Shown: piece after piece, positions 25,117-32,000 of the stretch
Numbering within the stretch: position 1 is the stretch's first letter
Layout: each line of letters starts with the position of its first letter
Assembly: GCF_000223395.1 (NCBI RefSeq)
Contig: NC_015931.1
Location: forward strand, 1,140,001 to 1,172,000
DNA from: Pyrolobus fumarii 1A
Lineage (GTDB): Archaea > Thermoproteota > Thermoprotei_A > Sulfolobales > Pyrodictiaceae
Direction: 5' to 3'
DNA length: 32,000 nt
Translations under genes and position numbers: made by a program
The notes under the pieces: model-generated
Seen by the model: only the letters and a program-made list of their open reading frames with translations
What the model was told of the DNA's origin: nothing
Databases searched by the model: none

Positions 25117-25698
25117 TTAGTTGTGAATCTTCTCGAGCCTTTTCCGGAGATGCTCCAACGCCTCTTTATGTTCCGACGTGTGTTTCTCACCGAGTTTGTT
25201 TCCGAGCCTCTCCACGTGCCGGACGATTACCTTAATGAGCCTTTCTATGTCCTCGACCGCTTCTGCCCTGCTACGGTATCTGCTTAACTCCATGTCTGGA
25301 TCCGGACCATGGTATTGGTACTCGTGAAGATTGAGAGCGACATGCGTGTATGCCCTGAAATGCTCGTAACCTAGCTTCTCGAGTAGAGATGCTAACGCAA
25401 GCAACCTGCTCGTGGGCGTTCGTAGGATTCCTTTCTCTTTCACCCATTTCCTCTCCCTTTCACTTTTTAACAGCGATTCGAGCCTAGGTAGCTCGAGAGC
25501 AAGGATAGCTGCTGTTAGAGCCTTCCAGGCTTGGAAGGCTTTACCCGCGGCATTTCTTGTATAACCCTTCTCGAGGAACTCGAGAGCAAGGATGGACTCT
25601 AATAGCGCTTCCAAGAGTCTTGTTGAAGCGTATCCTGCGGGATCCTTAACAAGCTTAGGTAGAGGCTTTTCAAGCGTATTCAGCTCCAGCCCGCCCAC
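25117..25698 (-). CDS. Long PaREP1-like family protein, copy 3.
   Basis: EKPLPKLVKDPAGYASTRLLEALLESILALEFLEKGYTRNAAGKAFQAWKALTAAIL...LNLHEYQYHGPDPDMELSRYRSRAEAV. Confidence 0.75.
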   Translation of the reverse strand: MGGLELNTLEKPLPKLVKDPAGYASTRLLEALLESILALEFLEKGYTRNAAGKAFQAWKALTAAILALELPRLESLLKSERERKWVKEKGILRTPTSRLLALASLLEKLGYEHFRAYTHVALNLHEYQYHGPDPDMELSRYRSRAEAVEDIERLIKVIVRHVERLGNKLGEKHTSEHKEALEHLRKRLEKIHN

Positions 25699-25897
25699 CG
25701 TCTAGCTCCATATTAGCTTGAAACAACTCATCATATACCTTGCCCTAAAGGAAGACATACATAACGCACGTAATGTCAAGGGTTTTCTGCCACCATACTC
25801 TAGCTGAGCGCGCAGAGTCGTAGCATGATTCGCAACGAGCGCCCCACACCTGGCGGCACAAATTGTATTACTCTAAGTCTCGTGGCTCATGCCACTA

Positions 25898-26539
25898 CTA
25901 GGCTCTCGATATCCTAGCTGTTAGTGTTATGCGCTTGTCCCTCATCTCCACGTTGTACGTTACGAGCCCTAGCCCGGCTATGCTCTTGGCGCCTTTAGCG
26001 CTGCCTCTGAGCGCCAGGTGGTATAGCTGCTTCAGGGTGTTCTCGAAGAGGCTCTTTAAGCGTTTATACTCGGGGTTTGTGCCCCGGAGGAGCGCGTCTA
26101 GCCTCTCCGCTTTGCTCCGCGAGTCTCTCAGCGCGAGGAGGCGTGCATACCACTCGGCGATGCTGAGGAGCCCGATTATCGCCATGATAGCGGCTAGCAC
26201 GCCGGGGACGTCGCGTATCCCTAGGCTCTTGGACAACAGGTGTATGATTAGCATGGCGAAGCCCGCTAGGCTGATGCCCCGGAAGATACGGGTCACGGTG
26301 CTAGTCTCGGTTAGGAGCGTGGCTAGGAGAGATACCCACGCCTCCCTAGCGAGGGTATCCGCGGATAGGAGTCCGGAGGTTACGTGGAGGGTGCGCCCCA
26401 GGACGGCAACACTCACATGGTTGCGCTCATCCTCGACAATGGTCATCTTGACCTGCTCTATAGTCTCGAGTAGCGACTCGAGACGCTGGACGAGGATAGC
26501 CACGCGTCTCTGTATAGCCTCGGGTGAGTCGTAGCCCAA
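25898..26539 (-). CDS. Hypothetical membrane protein (two central TM helices).
   Basis: ISLAGFAMLIIHLLSKSLGI and VLAAIMAIIGLLSIAEWYA are flanked by charged helical regions. The plus-strand ORF 25929..26534 is an S/R-rich shadow. Confidence 0.55.
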   Translation of the reverse strand: MGYDSPEAIQRRVAILVQRLESLLETIEQVKMTIVEDERNHVSVAVLGRTLHVTSGLLSADTLAREAWVSLLATLLTETSTVTRIFRGISLAGFAMLIIHLLSKSLGIRDVPGVLAAIMAIIGLLSIAEWYARLLALRDSRSKAERLDALLRGTNPEYKRLKSLFENTLKQLYHLALRGSAKGAKSIAGLGLVTYNVEMRDKRITLTARISRA

Positions 26540-26670
26540 AGCCTAGACGAGCCCGGTTGTTTACCCGCTATCAGCTCGACTATAGTCTCGTTTGGCGGCC
26601 GCCCCGTGGCAATACAATGGTGCCTGCCGTGTAGGTACCCCCGTCCTCATCGGGTGGGGCTGTTGTGCCG

Positions 26671-27597
26671 CTAGCCCTGTTTGACCGCGAGGCGTGGTGG
26701 GTAGCTGTCCGGCATCACGTACTTCCCCTCGGGCCACTCGACCTCCACGAAGTAGCCTCGGACTGTGACCCCATCCTCAGCCGTGAAGGTAACATGGACT
26801 ATGGCGCTCCCGTTCACCGTGGGGACGCGCTTCTCTGCTACCACTTTGTCCGGGAGGAGCCTCCTATCCTGCTTGACCCGGACGACCACATCCCTCGCGC
26901 TACCCACAAGGACGATTACAGCGTCCACCCGGTCGCCCGGTTTGGCCGTGGTACACTCACTGCCGTTGCACAACCAGACAACCTTCACCGCGAGGGTTAG
27001 GTTGTTGCCGCCTTGGTTGCTAGCTATTATCTTCTCTAGCTCCCGGATCACCTCCTTCACCTTGCTAGCCGCCTCCGAGATAACGTCGCTGGGCACGCCG
27101 CTCTCCTGCCCCGCGGGTATTGTGGCGGTGATGGGTATGCGCTTCTCGAATGGTATGGTGACTTTCACGGGCAGCTTGAGGCCGAAGATAGTCACCGGGG
27201 CCTCCACGTAACCCCGTATAACCAGCTCTGGCTTCTCGCCCTTAGCTAGCACAGACATGATGCTCTCGGCTATACCCCCGGCTACGGGCTCAACACGCAC
27301 CTCCATGATCTCGGTGTCGCTGGGCCCGATGCAGACACCTTCAACGCTAGCCATGCGCGCTATCGTCTCGCCCGCCAGCAGAACCTTAGCCCTAAAGCTG
27401 TCGATGCATATCACTACTGGGAGGCTGGACGGGTTGCTAATCTCCACTTGGACGTCTAGGGCGCCCGACGCGAGGCTAAACGGGTCGAAGCCCGCCATGC
27501 GCACCTCTAGGCTCTTGGCTACCGTGTAGACCATACCCGCATAGACTATCGTGGCTAGAAGCCCAAGCAGGACTAGCACAACGATAAGCTTACTCAA
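26671..27597 (-). CDS. Membrane-anchored LEA14/WHy-like (LEA_2-type) protein with a C-terminal beta-rich domain.
   Basis: MSKLIVVLVLLGLLATIVYAGMVY (anchor) is followed by LEVRMAGFDPFSLASGALDVQVEISNPSSLPVVICIDSFRAKVLLAGETIA...LVIRGYVEAPVTIFGLKLPVKVTIPF, the LEA_2-like pattern. It is a paralog of 1..894. Confidence 0.65.
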   Translation of the reverse strand: MSKLIVVLVLLGLLATIVYAGMVYTVAKSLEVRMAGFDPFSLASGALDVQVEISNPSSLPVVICIDSFRAKVLLAGETIARMASVEGVCIGPSDTEIMEVRVEPVAGGIAESIMSVLAKGEKPELVIRGYVEAPVTIFGLKLPVKVTIPFEKRIPITATIPAGQESGVPSDVISEAASKVKEVIRELEKIIASNQGGNNLTLAVKVVWLCNGSECTTAKPGDRVDAVIVLVGSARDVVVRVKQDRRLLPDKVVAEKRVPTVNGSAIVHVTFTAEDGVTVRGYFVEVEWPEGKYVMPDSYPPRLAVKQG

Positions 27598-27927
27598 ACC
27601 GAGTCACCATGCGTGTCTAGTGCATATAGACTAGTATAAGTGTGGCAGGGTGGACCGCTGTGCAGGGCTGTACACGGCGAGGCTATCCGGCTATAACTCG
27701 TGAAGCTTGCATTGTTAACAGGGTGGTAACGACGTCGGGGTGTTCACCGCGATAGTGGAGGATAGGACGCACTAAGTTGAACGCTACGCGTCTATGAGCA
27801 TTGGATGGCGAGTGTTGCATGGAGGCGGTGCTTACACTATTGTGTTGATAGCGTTCCTCTGGAGTGGTCTGTTCGGCTCTTTGCTTCTAGCCTGGAGTCG
27901 CCTAATGGCACTAGGGTGTAGCGCCTA

Positions 27928-28659
27928 GTGGCCGTGTATATGCTGGTTGGTGGTTGGAGGGCGCCTAGCCTCGTGGATATACCCGGTCGCGTCTCTTTCA
28001 CGCTATGGCTCTGCGGGTGTAACCTGAGGTGCCCCTTCTGCCACAACTGGAGGATTGCAGATGCGCGTGGGGACGTCTGCCGTCGGGCTAGTATCGAGGA
28101 GGTGCTCTCCGCGCTGAGTGGCGCGGCGCGGCTGGTGGAGTATCTCCACGTGACGGGGGGCGAGCCGCTCCTCCAGGTCGAGCCTCTCACTGTGCTCCTG
28201 AAGCGCGTGGAGGCCCTAGGGCTCGCGAGGAGTGTCGACACTAACTGTACGCTCCCCGAGAGGCTCGGGAGGCTACGCGGGCTCATCGAGCACCTGGCGG
28301 TGGACCTCAAGCCACCGTGGACTACTGGCGTGGACCCCAGCTGGTACCACAGTAGGCTCCTCGAGTGCCTCCGGGTGGCGTCGGGCCTCGGTGTGACCGT
28401 GGAGCTGCGTGTGGTTGTAGCCAGGGGCTGGGAGCCCAGCGACTACCTACGCCTCTATAGGGAGGCGGTGGAGGCGCTGCGCGGCGCAGAGCACTACGTG
28501 GTTGTGAATGAGCTTGTTGGGAGGCCGTACACGGAGCCCCGCGACCAGGAGTGGTGCGGGGAGCACTGCAATCCTGGGCGCCGCCTGGTCGAGGAGGTTG
28601 CGAGGCTACTCCGTGAGGCTGGCGCGCCGGTAAAGAGGGTTTATGCTCGCACAGTCTAA
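27928..28659 (+). CDS. Radical-SAM activating enzyme, NrdG-like (anaerobic RNR activase / PflA family).
   Basis: SLVDIPGRVSFTLWLCGCNLRCPFCHNW carries CxxxCxxC in the context typical of the TIGR02495-type activases as I recall them. A LHVTGGEPLL motif follows. Confidence 0.7.
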   Translation: MAVYMLVGGWRAPSLVDIPGRVSFTLWLCGCNLRCPFCHNWRIADARGDVCRRASIEEVLSALSGAARLVEYLHVTGGEPLLQVEPLTVLLKRVEALGLARSVDTNCTLPERLGRLRGLIEHLAVDLKPPWTTGVDPSWYHSRLLECLRVASGLGVTVELRVVVARGWEPSDYLRLYREAVEALRGAEHYVVVNELVGRPYTEPRDQEWCGEHCNPGRRLVEEVARLLREAGAPVKRVYARTV

Positions 28660-28740
28660 CCAGATTGGTTAGAACATCTAACCATCGAGTCTTGAGCAAC
28701 ATTTTAAAGTAAGTTAGGGAAGCCTAACTGTCACTCTTGG

Positions 28741-29460
28741 GTGACGCGCATGGCAGGCCGTAGCAGCCTAATGGAGGCGCTTAAACCGGCGATACGGAAT
28801 GTAGAGTTTACGCTGATAAGGAGGTTGGATGATCTGGCGAACATATGTGCAGACTCTACATGCCTTGTTGTGGTAGAGCTTGGCGACAAGGTTGCGGAGC
28901 TAATCGTCTCTAGGGGTGAGGTGGTGGCGGCCAGGATGCTCGACGGTAATGTGACCTATGGCGAGGATGTTGTGAAGCAGGTGGCGGCGAGGGTGCCCGT
29001 CGAGGCCAGGGTAGCCAAGCTACGCAGCAAGTTCTACGACTGGAACGACAATGAGTTCACTGTCTACATCCGTGGCATTGACCTGCAGCACAAGCAGCTC
29101 GTAAGGGTCCTCAACAACCTCTACCAGGCTCTGGTGGAGGGTAGGGCTGCACACGCCTACGAGGCTCTCCACTTCATGCGCGAGTACGCGGGCTTCCACT
29201 TCTCGACGGAAGAGAGGCTGTTCGACAGGTACGGGTACCCCAGGGCAGATGAGCACCGCATGCAGCACGCATGGTTCATAAAGAAGGTGGACGACCTGAA
29301 CAATGTGTTGAAGGAGGCGGGTCCCCACGCCAGCATAGAGATGATGGCGTTCCTAGCAGAGTGGGTGAAGAACCACATCCTGGGCGCAGACCGAGACTAC
29401 GGCAAGTGGCTAGTGGAGACAGGCAAGCTACCGGCAAGCACCGTCCGGAAACTAACTTAG
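28741..29460 (+). CDS. Hemerythrin-like metal-binding domain protein with an unknown ~95-aa N-terminal domain.
   Basis: FYDWNDNEFTVYIRGIDLQHKQLVRVLNNLYQAL...ALHFMREYAGFHFSTEERLFDRYGYPRADEHRMQHAWFIKKV...MMAFLAEWVKNHILGADRDYGKWL is the bacteriohemerythrin H/HxxxE/HxxxH/HxxxxD ladder. The N-terminal part (…CLVVVELGDKVAELIVSRGEVVAARMLDGNVTYGEDVV…) is loosely DUF4388/roadblock-like. Confidence 0.75.
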   Translation: MTRMAGRSSLMEALKPAIRNVEFTLIRRLDDLANICADSTCLVVVELGDKVAELIVSRGEVVAARMLDGNVTYGEDVVKQVAARVPVEARVAKLRSKFYDWNDNEFTVYIRGIDLQHKQLVRVLNNLYQALVEGRAAHAYEALHFMREYAGFHFSTEERLFDRYGYPRADEHRMQHAWFIKKVDDLNNVLKEAGPHASIEMMAFLAEWVKNHILGADRDYGKWLVETGKLPASTVRKLT

Positions 29461-29884
29461 GACCCTTGGGGACACCCGGTGCGACACCCCAATGTGTTGC
29501 GCAATACCCGGTACTCTTGACGTACCTCGGCAAACTATCACCCTCGTGTATCTTGATCCCGATCCCAGTCTCAGAACAAACACCTATAGTCGCGAACTTC
29601 TAGTTCTCCTTGTCTAACAAGTAGCTACGATTCTATCAAGCAACAACACGCGCCAAGATAACATGCTAAGATGCTATCCACACGACTGTGGATTATAGTA
29701 GCATAAGGCGTTCCCCGAGGATTGCGAGGTAGACTATGCGTATGGGCAGCGTCTAAACCCGATAGCATGGCTAGCTCACGAGGGACAACCCTACAAAGCG
29801 ATTCTGTGGATGCTACCATAAGCGCCTTAGTATACACGCCAAGAGTTCGAGGAGAAGACACAGCTCTATCCTACCTTAGCGCCT

Positions 29885-30529
29885 ATGATATTGTGCAAGC
29901 CTATAGCTGCTGGTTGTCTATTGCACATTGTTGGTGTAAGTGTGGCTAGCGGCGTGGATGCCACTAGGCTTGAGGAGCCGCTGCCTAAGCCTAGTCGCGA
30001 TCCTCTGGGTTATGCCTCGGCTCGCACTCTCGAGGCTATTCTCGAGGCTCTCCTGGCTCTCGAGTATATCCGTGAAGGGTATACGAGGAACGCTGCTGGA
30101 AAGGCTTTCCAAGCTTGGAGGGCCTTGACGGCCGCGTTGCTAGTCCTTGAGAAGAGCCGCATCACCAGCTTGTTGGAGAGCAGCGCTGAGAAGAGGTGGT
30201 TGACCGAGAGGGCTGTGCCGAGGGTACCGACGAGCAGGCTAAAGAGGCTGGCAATGCTCCTTGAGGAGGTGGGATACAGGTACTATAGCCCCTTGACGGA
30301 CAAAGCTCTAGACCTCTACGATTACCAGTACCACGGTCCCGACCCCGACCTAGAGCTCTCGAAGTACCGTAGCCGTGAAGAGGCAGTAAGCGACATCATC
30401 TACCTGCTCGAGAGGCTAGTCGAGATCATCAGTGACAGATTGAAGCCGGTGCTAGTCGAGAAGAGAGTCTGGAGTAGCATGCATGAGGAGGCGCTAGAGA
30501 CGCTGAGGGAGAGGCTGAAAGGCGTGTAA
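29885..30529 (+). CDS. Long PaREP1-like family protein, copy 4.
   Basis: EEPLPKPSRDPLGYASARTLEAILEALLALEYIREGYTRNAAGKAFQAWRALTAALL...LDLYDYQYHGPDPDLELSKYRSREEAV. By alignment with the other copies the real start is probably the in-frame GTG at 29954 (MDATRLEEPLPK). Confidence 0.75.
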   Translation: MILCKPIAAGCLLHIVGVSVASGVDATRLEEPLPKPSRDPLGYASARTLEAILEALLALEYIREGYTRNAAGKAFQAWRALTAALLVLEKSRITSLLESSAEKRWLTERAVPRVPTSRLKRLAMLLEEVGYRYYSPLTDKALDLYDYQYHGPDPDLELSKYRSREEAVSDIIYLLERLVEIISDRLKPVLVEKRVWSSMHEEALETLRERLKGV

Positions 30530-30670
30530 TGGGGCCTCGCCGCATAGTATCGCGCATCCAGGCTCGATCTCGCAGCGAGACAAGTTGCGACTTGGTTAGC
30601 CCGCCACCGGTTAATTCTAAGCGCCGCTCACCCCAGCTCTCTAGAGAGTACCCATAGCCAAGGTCAGAGA

Positions 30671-31666
30671 GTGTATCTACTTGCGAGGGTAATGGGGCAT
30701 CTCTCAGTCTGGTGTGACTGCTTGCAAGGGTTACGTATAGTTCCCGTGCTCCACGGGTCTAGTATTGCCACACTTGTGGCCGTAGGAGCATTTGCCTTCA
30801 TTCTACTCCTCTTTGTTTTTGCTTCTATTTTTGCTGCTGGTGCTCCTCTACCCGCTGTTGCTTTCATACTGGTCTTTGGCTTGCTCCTAGGCTTGATCAT
30901 TATCCACGAGCTTGTTGTGCATAGGCGCTTTGAGAGACTATACTCTCGAGCTGTCGAACTCATAGCCGGGTTTGACGGCTCTGTGTTGAGGTTCTCTAGG
31001 AGCGTCGCTGCCAGGAGGGTTCTGATCGCGTCTAGCGGCTGGTGGGTTAGCACGGGGCGCTCGAGGAGCTACCGTTTCGAGGCTCGCGTGGAGCCCCTTG
31101 GCGAGGTTACTGTTGGCGACTCGTTCCGGGTTGGCGGGTCGTGGGGTGTCGTCGTGGATAAGGATGGTTCTGGTGCTGTTGTCCTGGAGGGTGTTCTACT
31201 CGAGGAGCCCGGGCTTGATGGTGTGGTTATAGCTGTGGTGCCTGCTGTGCCCCCGGTGTTCCGCTACACGAGGCTCGATGCCGTTGACGAGGGCGATGCT
31301 GGGTTTCTGGAGGTTGCTAGTGGAGAGGGGCTACGGGGGCGTCTCGTGCTTGTCTCGAGGTCGAGGGCTAGGGGTGCGAGGGCTGAGCTTCTGGCTAGCC
31401 TCGAGGGGCGCTCCGCTAGGCTCGTGTTGTGCCGGGTGCATGGCACGGGTGAGGCTCGTTTCGAGGAGAGGCTCGCGCCCGGCGAGCACCTGGTTGTGGT
31501 GAGTATCCCTCGCCGCTTCTCCCCCATGGCGTTCGCCGAGGCTACTGGCTTGCGTGTCGGCGGGGTGCTGCCCGCGTACCGTGTGCGGCTGGTGCTCGAC
31601 ATTCCCTTCGCGAGGGACATTGTCGTCGAGAGGGAGTTGCAGGCTAGCGCGGCGAGCCGGGCTTGA
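30671..31666 (+). CDS. Hypothetical membrane protein (N-terminal TM helices and a soluble A/V/R-rich domain).
   Basis: IATLVAVGAFAFILLLFVFASIFAAGAPLPAVAFILVFGLLLGLIIIHELVV is followed by ~230 aa with no motif I recognise. An alternative start is ATG 30692. Confidence 0.55.
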   Translation: MYLLARVMGHLSVWCDCLQGLRIVPVLHGSSIATLVAVGAFAFILLLFVFASIFAAGAPLPAVAFILVFGLLLGLIIIHELVVHRRFERLYSRAVELIAGFDGSVLRFSRSVAARRVLIASSGWWVSTGRSRSYRFEARVEPLGEVTVGDSFRVGGSWGVVVDKDGSGAVVLEGVLLEEPGLDGVVIAVVPAVPPVFRYTRLDAVDEGDAGFLEVASGEGLRGRLVLVSRSRARGARAELLASLEGRSARLVLCRVHGTGEARFEERLAPGEHLVVVSIPRRFSPMAFAEATGLRVGGVLPAYRVRLVLDIPFARDIVVERELQASAASRA

Positions 31667-31741
31667 CGCGACTTTGTGTTTGTTGCCGCGCCTCGCGGGG
31701 TGTTTTAGGAGGGTTGGGCAGACGCGTCCGATGGTGGGCTG

Positions 31742-32000
31742 GTGGTGGGCGAGGAGCTCGGCAGGGCCCTGAGGGAGCTTATCGAGGCTGCCGTGAGGCT
31801 AGAGGAGGTTGCCCGGCGTGTTGGGCCACCCCCGGTGCCGGAAGACACACCGGGTTGGCTTCGCCCTGCTCTTGTGAGGCTCGTGGGGTTGGCTGCTGGG
31901 GGGTCGCCGAGGGTCTCGTTCCTGGGGCCTCGCGGGAGCTTCTCCCACGAGGCTGTCCGTGCGGTCTTTGGCGGCGCTGCCAGGGAGATGCCGGCTCATA
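31742..32000 (+). CDS. pheA: Prephenate dehydratase-like protein, N-terminal fragment (continues beyond the window).
   Basis: The frame is open from the stop at 31706-31708 to the window end, with candidate GTG starts at 31742 and 31745. ...GSPRVSFLGPRGSFSHEAVRAVFG matches the PheA N-terminal v.ylGP.GtfseeAa signature. The minus-strand ORF 31799..31999 is a shadow. Confidence 0.5.
   Translation, partial: MVGEELGRALRELIEAAVRLEEVARRVGPPPVPEDTPGWLRPALVRLVGLAAGGSPRVSFLGPRGSFSHEAVRAVFGGAAREMPAH

Noticed and set aside
25680-25734. A C/D-box-sRNA-like arrangement on the minus strand: ATGATGA, then ~44 nt, then CTGA.
   Set aside because: There are no internal D'/C' boxes and no terminal stem, and the 3' part overlaps the start of the PaREP1-like copy 3 CDS. 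Short box motifs like these occur by chance.
1-32000. The island as an integrated provirus, plasmid or transposon.
   Set aside because: I found no integrase, transposase, Rep, capsid-like or conjugation genes, no tRNA target and no long terminal direct or inverted repeats. Only short repeats of marginal significance are present.

Overview
The window looks like an accessory toxin-antitoxin (TA) and defence island from a GC-rich archaeal hyperthermophile. A crenarchaeon of the Desulfurococcales/Pyrodictiaceae type is my inference, based on PaREP1-family genes, the density of HEPN/minimal-nucleotidyltransferase (MNT) pairs, and very short or leaderless-looking 5' regions. I saw no rRNA, tRNA, CRISPR array, integrase or transposase. 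Recognisable content:
- Four HEPN-MNT gene pairs.
- Two adjacent decayed TA pairs (DUF104-like/PIN and DUF433/DUF5615), with all four genes frame-disrupted.
- An ABC-type AAA ATPase translationally coupled to a small TOPRIM-like protein (OLD/PARIS/Gabija-like architecture).
- A non-canonical McrBC-like locus: an unknown 313-aa gene overlapping an McrB-like AAA_5 NTPase gene, with the McrC-like PD-(D/E)xK gene transcribed divergently across a 49-nt spacer.
- A divergent EndoIV/UvdE-like TIM-barrel gene behind an AT-rich spacer.
- Four diverged ~190-aa paralogs of a long PaREP1-like family, plus one classical RHH-PaREP1 gene.
- A nucleotidyltransferase plus unknown 245-aa cassette directly downstream of one PaREP1-like copy.
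- Two LEA14/WHy-like membrane-anchored paralogs, one of them cut by the window start.
- Several membrane or secreted hypothetical proteins.
- An NrdG-like radical-SAM activase followed by a hemerythrin-domain protein.
- The 5' end of a prephenate-dehydratase-like gene at the right edge.
AT-rich, ORF-free gaps at 12182-12393, 16151-16705 and about 22000-22588 separate the modules. All functional calls come from motif reading by eye; I ran no database search.
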